Assembly: GCA_051294375.1 (NCBI GenBank)
Contig: JBJCIZ010000624.1
Coordinates: 1 to 25,127, forward strand
Source of the DNA: Paraspadella gotoi
Lineage: Eukaryota > Animalia > Chaetognatha
DNA: 25,127 nucleotides
Direction of reading: 5' to 3'
In this document: positions 1 through 11,199 of the stretch, one piece after another
How the letters are laid out: every line of letters starts with the position of its first letter
Numbering within the stretch: position 1 is the first letter of the stretch
Translations under genes and position numbers: made by a program
The notes under the pieces: generated by a model
What the model saw: only the letters and a program-made list of their open reading frames with translations
What the model was told of the DNA's origin: nothing
Database searches by the model: none

Positions 1-1200
1 GTCAACTTGACTTCCCACTGATCGCCGACAATCCGTTATTGCTCTCCTCTTGCCTAATTAGTTCTGTTCCCCACAATTCAAAAACTGGCTTTTAAGCTTG
101 AACTCAGTCTATCTGCACAGAGAAATATAAAAAGTAAAGACCCCTTGCCAGCATTTCCTCTTAGTTTCACTTCGCATCCGTCTGTTTTTTTGTGTTTGTC
201 TTCTTGTAGCATTTTTGTTTAAAAGGTTAAAAAAATGAAAATGTAGAAAATATTGGATCTAAAAAAACCCTTTCAGAACGGTTCTAAAGCACTCATGTTT
301 AAAAATAGAAATGGAAAATAGAATTTACCAAAAAGCATGTCGCATTTAAAGTTCTCTTGTCGACTTTCAGTTCTGTTAAAATCTACAGAAAAAAAATAAA
401 AAAATAAAAAATAAATAAACAAAAAGAGTTGGAGCGAAAAACGTTTGAAAAAAAAAATAAACTAAAAATTATTTTTTCCTTTACTAGGAAATGTTGCAGA
501 AGAATGCTAATTCTCTATGAAGAGGATTTTTTTGAAAAATGTTACTTCGTTTCAACGATTATTTTAATCTTTAACGCCAAAAAATTTCTCTTGTATCTTT
601 GTTTTTCCTCATGGCAGCAAAGTGAATTTGGAAAATCCCTCTCACTAGAATTGGGACCTTCACCTCAATAGTAATGATCTATGTTAACATTTCATCACAA
701 ATACCCGCTTCGCCTTTGTGTCTGGCAACTCTTCGCCGCATTAGTTTCTTTTAGTTTTATCTATAGTCAATATAAAATTCGAAAAAACCACCAACGGTTT
801 TGAAGAAATAGTAAATGAATATCATTTCGAATCGATCTGGACCCTACTTTCCCAAAAATCCCAAGCTTTGTGCTTCCTCCTATTTATAACTTTTGGCGAA
901 GTCTCAGTGATCCCAGTGCCTTAAGAGAGACAAGAGCAGAAAATGGAACCTGGGACAGTAATGAAGTTTTCCTGAGAAAGCGAGAGACGTTGAGAACAAG
1001 GACTAGCACAGTTTGCAACAGGGAAGGAAAGAGGCGAATTTATCTGGCGCCCTCCTAATGGGCAGCTCACTAACCACCACAAATTCAATTCTGTCTTTCC
1101 TTGTTTTGTTGTCAACATCTTCTTGTCTGGCGTTCCGTCTTCTTCGTTTCTTCCTCTCTTCGTTCCGTTAGTTCGTTTATCCGTCTCATGGTTGTTTGTC

Positions 1201-1290
1201 CTTCCTTTCTACTCTTCTTTCCTTCTCTTTCTTTCCTTCTTTCTTTCTTCTTTCTTTCTTTCTTTCTTTTCTTTCACTTTTCTTTCTTTT
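1201..1290. repeat. (CTTT)n-type pyrimidine microsatellite
   Basis: Near-pure CTTT/CTT runs; these explain the F/L/S-rich ORFs 1101-1421 and 1123-1452. Confidence 0.9.
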
Positions 1291-2171
1291 CGTTATTTCG
1301 TTTATTTCTTCGAGGTGAAACGCACATCCCTCGTCTTCAATCTCTCATGGATCCTCCCCATCATCATCTATCAACATCAAACAGCATCATCAATCCATCA
1401 TCGTCGTCGTCACCCTCATAGTCTCACTCATCGTCGTTGTTTATCTTCCTAGTTTTCTGTTTTCTCTCCTGAGATAACAATTTTTCGTCCAAGAACAAAA
1501 AAAAAAACTTATGCAAGTAAAAAACCCATTAGAATTTCTCGCGAAGTTACTAGGTATCGTTATTTCTGACGTCATTTTTGAAGAAATTTGACGTTCATTT
1601 TGAAGTATTTTTGATGTTATTTTGATGTAGATAAAACAAGATGTTTGGCTTTGCGGCGATTAACATTCAAATTAATTAATATTGCTAATTAATATAACCA
1701 AGTTTAAAAATCAAACAATCAACTCAATAATTATTCTTTGCGTATGTTCGTCACCGCTGATGCGTGTTTAAGTCTCCATCCATTTTACAAATAATAAAAT
1801 AGCATGTCCATAAGGCGTAGTATAAATTCTTTTAAGTTTTAACTTTATTAAAATCTAAAGTAAAAAGAACTGAACAACATATATATTATAACATTTAGTA
1901 ATAAAAAAATTTATAATAAATTTACAATTTACGCGAAGTTAGGCCATATTTATAACTATTACTAGATTATGAATATATAAAGTTCTTAATAATTTCTAAT
2001 AACAGTTTTTTTTCTAAGATTTTCTTTGCAGACGTGTATCGTTCATAAAATCGTTATGTATAAATAGAAATTTATCAAGCTGCTTTTTGAAAAATTCTTC
2101 ATCTAAGTGGGTTTAAAAATTAACCTAAGTTAGAAAGCAAACAATTGTCGGCATCTTGCCTACGGATACTA

Positions 2172-2322
2172 GTTAATTATAATTAACTTGCGATTAATTA
2201 ATTAATTAATAGATTAATTAATTACATTAACTTTAATTAATAATTAATTAAACTAGAAATTAATTAATTAATTAATTTTAATTAATTAATTTAAAATTAA
2301 TAGATAATTAATTAATTAATTG
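2172..2322. repeat. Degenerate (TTAA)n self-complementary AT satellite
   Basis: Repeated TAATTAATTAATT runs over ~150 bp. Confidence 0.85.
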
Positions 2323-2707
2323 AAATATGTACCTTAATCTATTAATGTTATATTTCTAGCCTTTCTAGCATCGATGTCCTTAAAATTGAGTCAGTGACAA
2401 GTTATTAAAATGTTTGTTACATTTTATCAAAACAAAACAAATTATCCTCTATCTATCGAGCCAAGCGGGCCATTATAGCTCTCGTGTCCTGTCTAGATTT
2501 TTTTTCGGTATTTTAGCTTTCTCGGGTTTTCTTCGCTTTTTTTGCAATCATGGCTTTCTGATAAGCTGTGTAATCATGTATGAGTTGAATTTTCATTCTC
2601 AGGCTCTCTAATCATCAAACATCTTAAAATTTCAGTTTCATATCATCATTGTATTCGTTTTAGTGTTTTATTCACAAAACAAATAAAATCTGTTTAATTA
2701 TTATGTG

Positions 2708-3397
2708 TCTTCTCTCTCTTCTCTCTCTTTCTCCGCCCTCACTGCTTCTTCTAAAATCGAGTTCCGCTCTCTGCAGCGATCTGTCCAGCTTCTTTCTCTC
2801 TCTCTCTCTCTTCTCCTCTCTCTCTCTCCTCTTTTTTTACAAAAAAATTTTCAATTATAATGCGGGTTCACTAATGGTAAAAAACGATGCGCAACACGGG
2901 CGCCTTAACCCGCCTCCTTTGGGTAGAGAATAGCTCACGCCTACGTGCGGCCCATAAGTTATGTGAAATTCTTAACCGAGTAATAAGGCTGGCTTAGAGC
3001 TTCTCTCTCTCTCTCTCTATATTTCAATTCTCATTAATATCCTCTTCCTCTTTCTCTTTTTCTCTGCAGCGGCTTTCTCTCTCTCTCTCCTTCTTTTTCT
3101 CTCTCTCTCATCTGTCTTCTCTGCTCTCTGGTTGTGTCAGTGCTCCCTATCGTCCGATCTTGGCGTGATCGTTTGTTTTTTTGAAAAAATTTGATTATTT
3201 TTTTCCTGCTAAAAACTGTTTATTATTGCCATTTATTCCGCGCTTTTTTCAATACAACACATCCCATATTTTCATCCGAGATTTTCGTGATTATTTTCTC
3301 TCTCTTTCTTCTTCTTCTCTCATCTCTCTTCTTTTTCCCTCCCTTTTTCCTTCGTCTCTTTCTTCCTCTCTCTCTCTCTCTCGCTCTCTCTCTCTTT
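2708..3397. repeat. Cluster of interrupted (CT)n microsatellites
   Basis: CT runs at ~2708-2730, 2790-2832, 3001-3125 and 3295-3397. Confidence 0.85.
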
Positions 3398-3436
3398 CAA
3401 CTCATACCACGCATTTTGTTTGTTTTATTGGACTAA

Positions 3437-3680
3437 ATCATCGCATCAATGGAATGACGAAATTCCATCGAATCAAATGGAAATGAGCAATCATCGCACT
3501 CACTCGAAATGACTTATCATCACAGCATGTGAATGACTATCATCGCAATCAATAATTATTATCATCGAATCAATAATTCAATTCCTAATTACATCCATAA
3601 TAATTATTACTATTACATCAACTCAATTAGTTATTTACCTCATATGAATTACTGTACCATCAACAATTCGTTATTGCATG
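3437..3680. repeat. Degenerate ~22-27 bp minisatellite (ATCATCGCATCAATGGAATGAC-like)
   Basis: Recurring ATCATCG(C/A)A..CAAT and GAATGAC cores (e.g. 3437, 3490, 3539, 3561) that decay toward 3680. Confidence 0.65.
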
Positions 3681-3919
3681 ATTCATTCTGTGTTCGCGCG
3701 TGTTGCGATTAATTTTCTATGATAGTGGTCTCCTGGCTCGATCTTGATCTTTTAAGATTTTTTATTTATGTCTCCTTCCTCTCTCTCTCTCACCTCTCTC
3801 TCTGTCTCCTCTTTATCTGTCTGTTCTCTTCTCTGTTTCTCTCTCTCTCTCTCTCTTTTTATGCAATATCGACAGATCCCTTATGCTTTTAAGATTTTTT
3901 TAACTTCTGCCATCATGTT

Positions 3920-5160
3920 TTTCAACTTGCATAATTCTTTTCCAACTTGCATTTCGTCAAAACCTTTATATCTAGCTTCTCACTCACCTCTTCCTTACCG
4001 GCTCACAACAATTCATCTCAATCTATTCATGGCGCTTTTAAAATAAATTAAAAAGATTTCAATTAAATGTAGACGTCATATTTTTTTCATTTAAACTCAT
4101 TTCCACTGCGGTACCGCTTTCCACCTGAAACTTTATATCAACTCTGTCTATCTCACGGTTTTGCGCTACCCACACACCAATATGTCAACTCAATCCTATC
4201 CATCCAAGTTATGATTAATTGTACAGTATTTATTGGTTAAATAAGTAAAAAAGATTTTAGCTAAATCGTTCACTTATGTTTCCATTTAAACTAATATTCA
4301 ACTCACACATTACATCGAAATTTTATTATCCAGCTCTATCACACCACTTTCCTACTCCACACACTAAAATTTAATTCACGCGAATTCCACCAAGCCATTG
4401 ATCTCCGTACGAGTTTATTGGATCGCTTTTTGCTAAGATGGGACGTAATGGACGGATTGATTTGACTAATTACATTAATGTATTGATTAATTTATCTTCC
4501 ACTAATGATTAATTAACTGAATTAATTATTTGATTTATGTAATACATCCTCAGATTCACTTTAAGTATAAAGGAAAAAGAAGCCATAATCAATTAGTAAA
4601 AGACAGGTTTTTTGTTTTTTTTCCAATCTAAACTCATGTTCCACCTCAAACTCTATTCCATCGAAACCTTGTATTTCCTGTTCAATCACCACACTTTCCT
4701 ACCCACATTCTCACAAAATGTCCAGAGGTCAATCAGTCCCATCCATCTCATGAGCCAATTGGTGCTTTCATAACAATACGCTGAATTATATCTTTTTTTG
4801 TTTCCTTTCATTTAAACTCATTTCCACTCGACGCATTCCCATTCCGAAAACTTCAATATCCAGCTGCCAATCACACACTCTACCCTATCCCACACAGCAA
4901 ACTTTCATTTTCAAACTCCATCAGTCCATATCACGAGTAGCATGGTTTTTTCGCATTACAGTGGGACGGTACTGACGGCACGGACGACGGACGGACGGCA
5001 ACCACGCACGGACGCGGACGGACGGACGGAGACGGACGGACGCTGACGGACGTGAGCGACCGGACGGACGGACGAGAACACGGTACGGACATCATTTTTT
5101 TTGCCTATTAATTTATCATTAATTCGATGTTCTGACATTGAACTAAGGTGTGCTGTCCCG
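3920..5160 (-). mobile_element. DINE-1/HINE-like non-autonomous Helentron-type element with internal ~190-bp tandem repeats (ends approximate)
   Basis: On the minus strand: a short inverted pair (+ strand GTGCTGTCCC 5150-5159 and GGGACGGTAC 4963-4972, 8/10 complementary plus 2 G-T) brackets a (GTCC)n microsatellite. Diverged tandem units follow, starting on + with CATTTAAACTCATTTCCAC-like sequence at ~4088, 4283, 4623 and 4809, with a weaker unit at ~3920. This is the established DINE-1 layout. The 3' stem-loop was not identified. Confidence 0.6.
4974..5090. repeat. (GGAC)n / (GTCC)n tetranucleotide microsatellite
   Basis: GACGGACGGACGGA... with interruptions. Confidence 0.9.
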
Positions 5161-5995
5161 ACCATCTAATTGACGGGCGCGGGACCGACTCGAGCCGCAA
5201 ATAAGGATTTATATAAAAAGAGTGTAGTATATAGCGATTCGGGATCTAGCTATAAGCAGCATCCGAACTAAAAACAAAATCTATATTTTAAAACTGAAAA
5301 TCAACTTTTTTATTTATTAGTTATATATCTGATGTTGAGTGAATCTTTTAACCCCACTTAATGATAATTTCTTAAACATGATTTATATTTCTCTTTTTAT
5401 CAACTTTTGACGAGCCGAATCATCACAATCTGCACATTAAAATTACCAGAAAAGCCATATTTTGATTTTTCAATTTTATAAGCGATCTAGTACTAAGCAT
5501 ATTAAATATAGCGCCCTTATCTACGCCGAAAATTAAAAAACATAAAAAATTAATTTTCTTTTACAACCATTTAATGTTCACGGATGGTCTATTGTTGTTA
5601 TTAATTGACTCTTTAAGAATTTTGTATGTAACGTTGCCACTACGCCTTAATGCTCTCCATGCAAAGCTTTAAATCAGCACTATCTCAGTCCTAGTTTATC
5701 TCCACCCTCCCAGAGTACGTACCTGGTCCTGACGACGGGTATAATGATTTCACAAACCTGTTTCAGTCTGTAAAAATATTAGATCGGGAATAGTATATTG
5801 TCTTGACAATTAAAAATGTAATATTTATGGATACTTTCCTCTATCCGCTGCAGTATATTTTGCTGCTATTAATTATTTTTTATTGGTAGTATTTTAGTTA
5901 TTTATTCATTCAGTTCTTTTATAAAAAGAGTTTTAATTATTGTGGTCAGCTTTATACCTTTTCTTGCTATACCTGCCGTTCCGAAATTTTGAATT

Positions 5996-6080
5996 TCTCT
6001 CTCTCTCTCCTCTCCTCTCTCTCTCTCCTTCTCTCTCTCTTCTCTCTCTCTCTCTCTCTCTCTCTACTCTCTCTTCTCTC
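5996..6080. repeat. (CT)n microsatellite
   Basis: Near-continuous CT dinucleotide run. Confidence 0.95.
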
Positions 6081-6204
6081 ACCAAACGGAAGACCTGCTC
6101 GCCATTCGATTCAATTATTTTTGCCATTTCCCACTGAATGTACCCCCTAGGCCAACAAATACCATTAGACAATTTACTTTGCACACTTGACAATATTTTC
6201 TCTC

Positions 6205-6455
6205 GATTAACGCCTAAAACGCAATGCCATCTCATTAAAGCCACACATCGTCCATTCCTTAATGCATTAGTCCCGATGCACTTCTAAACGCCACGCCAAA
6301 GCCAAGCCATTGCCAATAAAGCCACCCAGTGTCCACCTAAATGCCACTCACGGCCTCAGGAAAGCTATCAACGCTCATCTCAACGCCACCCCCACGCTGC
6401 TCAAACGACCCGCCTCACGTCAATCCCAATGACCACTCAACGCCCTCAACACGTA
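6205..6455. repeat. Degenerate C/A-rich short-unit minisatellite (AACGCCAC/AATGCCAT/AAAGCCAC)
   Basis: Many imperfect AA(C/T/A)GCC(A/C) cores in ~250 bp. Confidence 0.55.
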
Positions 6456-6940
6456 CTCGGCGCCTAGCCGGAAAATGGGCGCGCGGTCCCGCGTAGCAGT
6501 CGGCGTCCTTGGGCATTGAATCCGAGTTCCCTGGCGCCAAGTCGAATCTCCGATCCGGTATTGTCTATCTTTTACTGTCTTATCTTTATCTCTCTCTCTC
6601 TTTCTTTGTCGTTCTTTTCCTTCTTCTTCTTTCTTTCTCTTCTTCTTTTCTTCTTTCTTTTCTTTCTTTCTTTCTTTCTTTCTGTTTCTTTTTTATATTT
6701 TATTATCATATTGACAACAATGTCAAAATTATATTTGTTCTTTTCGATTATAATATTTTTTCACTATTCTCGATTCTCCTATATTTCGTAATTCTCTTGA
6801 AATCCATGTTGGTGCTTTCACTGTTATTGGATATTTCTAGATGTTGTAGTTGTCATTAAAATATTAACATCAAGCGTATGAGTAGGCTAAATTTTGACAT
6901 CTGTTGAGATGATTGAAGATAATGGAAAGATGTTGTTGGG

Positions 6941-6948
6941 AAGAGAGA

Positions 6949-6989
<41 letters not shown>

Positions 6990-7182
6990 CGGAGAAGATG
7001 AAGAGAGAGAGAGAACACTGCCTTTTTGCAAACAGCGAAACGCTACCGCTTCTAGATCGTTTACCCCTTTTGATTTTCTTAATCTCAGCCAACCCTTTCC
7101 ATTTCTCTTCTTTTTCTCTCTGTCCTCTCCTGTCTTCTCTCTCTCTCCTCTCTCTCTCTCCTCTCTCTCTCGTCTCTCTCTA
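6941..7182. repeat. (GA)n tract (6941-7012) followed by (CT)n tract (~7104-7182)
   Basis: Directly visible dinucleotide tracts of opposite polarity ~90 bp apart. Confidence 0.9.
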
Positions 7183-7424
7183 TCTTCAAGTAGTCCTTGC
7201 CCCATTGAGTTTGCTCGTTGCTCCGATTCGACTTTAATCTCTATATATCATATATTTGTTGCTTCTGTCTTTTTTTCCTTCTTTTCTCCTTTTTCTGTCT
7301 CTTTTTAGCTTCTGTCTTCTGTCTTTTTTTCTTTCATGTTAATTTTTTTATTTTGTCTTTTTATACACTACGGAATAACGGCAATGATTAAGGCAATCAT
7401 CCTTGCGCCTTTGTATGCATATTT

Positions 7425-7705
7425 TTGTATTAGTTGTACCAAATTTATAATAGAATGTTGTATTCGCCGATCTAATTCTTGGGAAGAATCCTTTCATACT
7501 TTAATTGAAATAATACACCACTTTATAGATAAATGAAGCCAGGTACTCAAGGAGTGAATAAACTTGGTTGTTAGAAAGTGTTGATAGAAATTTTGCAAAT
7601 CTTGTCCTTTGTCTTGTAAGAGGGAGGGAAACCTTAACTCACCATAGCCTGGCCAAAGACAGAGGCAAGAAAACTTACATATAGAACAAATGGACAAATT
7701 TTATA
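7425..7705 (+). mobile_element. Decayed copy A of a coding-derived repeat, probably an L1/Tx1-like LINE RT C-terminal fragment
   Basis: Homologous to the reverse complement of 19665-19900 and 22705-22990 (e.g. GAAGCCAGGTACTC..GGAGTGAATAAAC). Across shifts it reads RRSN/LGRIL...KPGTQGVNKLGC*KVLIEILQ/LSCKREGNLNSP*...ENLHIEQMDKF. The repeat homology is certain; the LINE assignment is by-eye. Confidence 0.5.
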
Positions 7706-7720
7706 TTATATTTTATATTA

Positions 7721-7745
7721 NNNNNNNNNNNNNNNNNNNNNNNNN
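7721..7745. other. Assembly gap (25 N)
   Basis: N run. Other gaps: 12573-12582 (10 N), 13124-13148, 19366-19390 and 20112-20136 (25 N each). Confidence 1.
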
Positions 7746-8550
7746 CCTCTCAAGAATGCCAAACGAATCAAACGGTTTACAAATCTGTTGACCATCGATC
7801 GACAGGTTTTCGCTATGGCCAACAAGCAATTCCAAATTCGCGACACATCTGAACCGCCAACTATCCTCGAATGCCGATAAGTCACGATTGGAATCAGTGT
7901 ATTTGGAACGCCATCCTATCATTAACTTACCGACAAGGCGCGCAATTCACCATCGATCACCTTGAAACCCAATTCTGACCAAGCAATATGGAATCAAACA
8001 GATGACTACAGCTTATCATCCGCAGCAACGCTGGGAGAAGATATCCACCTCGCCTGAAGATCCCTTCTGCTCTGAAGCAATGAATCGAGCAAAGGAAATT
8101 GTATTGCGAAGCTTCCCCCCAATGGACCTCTTACGAACGCACGTACCATTTAAAAGACAATTGGAGCTATACCCAGCCGACCTCGTTTCGGTGAAGGAAA
8201 TTAAGCGTCCCGGATGCAATCTCAGACGGCGTGCACCAGAACGACATGCAGCACTATGCAGCTGAGCAACGCGAGCCAAATTATCGAAGCTTCGCCCATC
8301 GAATTAGCAAGACTCCAACCACACCTACTCAGCACAAACCAACAACCCAATTCCACATCCCCAGCATCTAGAGACCGCGCGCTACGTTTTCGTTCAAAAC
8401 GCCGAGGGTGCAGCCGCCTCTCGTGCCCTCCGTACGACCCACTTACCGTGGACGCAATTCGCAGCTTGAGTTGAACTGGACTGTAGAATCCCCAAGCAGC
8501 GGACCTAAACGTGAACATCCGTCGAGTCAAGCCAGCACCAGATAAGCGAC
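7746..8550 (+). mobile_element. Ty3/Gypsy LTR retrotransposon integrase (rve DDE core plus GPY/F region), multiply frameshifted; CsRn1/Kabuki-like
   Basis: Motifs occur in the correct order across frameshifts: LLTI/DRFSLWP/AIP (7785-7835), HDW/ISVFGTP (7893-7913), TD-GAQFT (7929-7951), LTKQYGIKQMTTAYHPQ (to 8025), ELYPADLV/GE..PG, FHIP/QHLETARYVFV (8351-8394), PPYD, VNIRRVKPA (8511-8537). These match the known DRFTRWPEAIP / FGxP / TDQGxQF / TTAYHPQ / VSIDRLKPA signature. The 5' side abuts an N gap. Confidence 0.92.
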
Positions 8551-10566
8551 GTAAACCTTGATGCAGCAAGACCACTCCAGCCAACCACGACGCCTCACAG
8601 ATCTCGACCAGTTCTCGAAAAACCGCACGGCAGCGTCCAACAAACCGCGAGAAGCCGACACAACAGCAAGGTCTCTTGCCCAATTCGCCGAATTCGCAAA
8701 AAAAATTCTCGATCCTCCTCCTCTTTTCTCCTCCTCCTCCCTTCCTCATCCCCTCCTCTCTCCTCCCCCAGCCGCACCCCACTCCCCAGGTACTCAACCA
8801 CCCCCTCTCTCCCTAACGCTCCGCTCATTTTTGCTACCCTTTCTTTCACCCTTTCCACGCCCTCACACCTCACCATCTCCAGAAATTGCAAAAAGACATA
8901 CAACAACAAACATCAGAGAAGAAATAAATGAGCCAACGATTCAGAAACTATCGAACCGACATCGGAGAGAAGTGAGCAAAAGACTCGTCCGTCACGGAGA
9001 CGACCAACCTACGCAGTAGTCCGGAAAAATTGTTACTCCGACCAACAACGAAAATAATACACAAAAACAAACCGACTATTGATCTCGATTAATCATTCCG
9101 TATCACAAATACGTTGCTTTAATTTTCTAATGTAAAAACTTTTTCTTTTTTTTTGTCTGTATACCATGTTTAAATATTCTCAAACCAATTTCAGTAACAT
9201 CGATCGAAGTCTATGCAATTGTTCGTATTATAATTCCTAATCTTATACCAGCTTATATACTTATTAACTCATATCTATTATTTTGATATATGAAAATCAC
9301 ATATATACAACAGGGGCATGCCGGCACTAATCAAAAATACCACTTTAATCTTGTTGAGACACGAAGTAGTGAATAAGTACAAACAAAGAAATCCTTGTAT
9401 AAAGTTCCGGTCCCTTCACCATGATACGTCACCGGTCCTGTTTCTTTTTCTATCCGTTTTTCCTTTGAAGTTAATGTAAAACTGAAAAGTCACGTCTTGC
9501 ATTGAAACCTCTTGATTTCAACTTGTTTCTATTCTTCGTGATTCAACCACAATAAAACTTTGCTATTATCAACTTATGTCTTTATACTCTCAAATTTCTA
9601 CAATGATTAGAATAGAATACATTTTATTTAAGAAGAGAAGAAAGTGAAACTAAGTTTTATCTTTGGAATAAGATAATATTCAAAATACCAATAAAATTTT
9701 ACTTCAAAGTTCACCTTGACCTGTCTTTCCTGCGTCCATGCCTCGCTACGTCTTATTCTCGGTTCACTCGTCCCTTTCTAACATATTATACTTTATTAGT
9801 TAGTGATATATTTGAATATTGGTACATACGAATATAAAAATATATACCCAATATAATAGAGATATATCATAGTGGCGTTTTTTTCGGTCATCCATTGTCA
9901 TCTTACTCAATCGTAGCTCTCGATTTCAGTTCATCAATTTTGCAGCTCATCATTTGTCATGTTTCCGTCTTGTGTTCATTAGTCTTTTCTTTTATTTTTT
10001 AAATCAAATCCAATTTTTTTAAATTATTTAATTTGGTTTTTTTTGTTTGTTTTTTTTTTTTCGTCTTCGTTATTCTTTTATTTTTTCATTTTTTTGTTGT
10101 CTACATCCTGTTTTCTTTTTTCTTCTGTTTGTTGTTTTTCTGTTTTTTTTTGTTTCTTTTTTTTGCTTCCTTTCCGCGCGATCAAGCGGCCAACGAAGGG
10201 AAAGACCGAGAGACGGAGACTCGCCCACGCATCTCTTGTTTTTTTTGACGATGTTATTGTTGCTGTTTTTGTTGTCGTCATCGTCGTCGTCGTTTTTGTT
10301 GTTTTCATCTTCGTTGTCAATTTGTTGTCATGGAGATGGAATCATTGATTCATAAGCTGTATCAATAAGGCAAAATAAACGACTGTGAAAAAGGACTCTT
10401 TTTTCACCGTTTCACCGTTTGACCGTTTAGCCAATTTTTCTTTAGGCCAGTTTTACGTACGGCCAAAATTCCCGGTCATTGTTCTCACGCGTTGATTTTC
10501 GTGTGAAATATGGAGTCGGGCATAGCATAAGTTCACCCCGCCTAGAAGCATGACATCTTCAGTCGT

Positions 10567-10618
10567 GACCCGGTGGCTCATTGAGTTAAAGCCTTCAGCC
10601 AACTCGTTGCTCAACTAA
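10567..10618 (+). pseudogene. tRNA-like 5' half (acceptor strand plus A-box/D-arm), probable tRNA-derived SINE head
   Basis: GACCCGG-TG-GCTC-ATTGAGTTA-AAGC resembles the A-box TGGCTCAnTGG..AGC. The duplicate copy reads TGGTTAAAGC (14621-14630), with the canonical D-loop GG. Confidence 0.5.
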
Positions 10619-10724
10619 AGTCCTGTTTTTCGTTTTCCCTCAGCTTTAAATTTAAGAGTCTCGAGACAGTGTGTAGAAGGTTTTATCGCCTGAGCTTTGC
10701 GCTTCCAGAACAGACGGATGTTTT

Positions 10725-11065
10725 GGCTCTCTTTTTCAAAAGCGCCCCATTTCTGTTTTCTCATCTTAACCAAAGCAACGGTGTTTATTTTATTAAAACC
10801 TATTTCGACTTCTATTCAAGTTTTGATTATCAAGTTTTCAAAGAATAAAAATCAAAAAATAAAAATCATTTTTATAAATAATTTAATTATATTTTTTACT
10901 AATCTCAAACATAAAAAATTTACAAATTCAACTTTAATTATAAACTAATTAACTATAATCTAAATTAAAACCTTAAAATATAATCCTTAGTCTTAATTTC
11001 CAACCTTACTCTTATTTAATTCCGAATTTAGATAAAATGGGTCATTTTGAGAAAAAATATAAGGC
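10725..11065. mobile_element. MITE-like element 1 with imperfect inverted ends and AT-rich core
   Basis: Left GGCTCTCTTTTTCAAAAGCGCCCCATTT vs reverse complement of the right end, GCCTTATATTTTTTCTCAAAATGACCCATTT. The core has TAATCC/AACCTT-type motifs like element 2. No TSD found. Confidence 0.5.
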
Positions 11066-11169
11066 TGATCCTTTTCTTTCTTTTCGAGTCTTTCTCCGGT
11101 AGATCGAATATTGATTTCTCCGTCGGACGCATATAAAAAAAAAAAATCGAAAATATTCTTTTTTTGTAA

Positions 11170-11199
11170 GAACGTCCCGGGTTCGACTCTCGCCGGTCC
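11170..11199 (+). pseudogene. tRNA-like 3' half (T-arm/B-box plus acceptor strand)
   Basis: CCGGG-TTCGACT-CTCGC-CGGTCC contains a canonical B-box GGTTCGACTC (11180-11189) and a 4-bp T-stem. CCGGTC pairs with GACC(C)GG at 10567. Confidence 0.55.

Noticed and set aside
1-135. Minus-strand splice acceptor (TTTATATTTCTCTGTGCAG) and exon
   Set aside because: All three frames downstream hit stops quickly and nothing is recognisable.
5178-6493. 10-bp inverted pair CGCGGGACCG / CGGTCCCGCG as TIRs of a 1.3-kb element
   Set aside because: Too short, does not extend, and no TSD.
7560-7700. Alternative genetic code, suggested by stop codons aligning with sense codons between repeat copies
   Set aside because: The stops align with different residues (E, K, R) and co-occur with frameshifts, as expected for decay or read error.
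9095-9800. Polypurine tract and 3' LTR of the Gypsy element
   Set aside because: Only a weak AACAGGGG at ~9309-9316; no TG...CA-bounded repeat with a second copy in the window.
11092-11116. TCTCCGG-TA-GATC-GAATATT-GATT as the 5' half partnering the B-box at 11180
   Set aside because: It lacks the D-loop GG and is followed by poly-A/poly-T; the 10567 half fits the A-box and acceptor pairing better.
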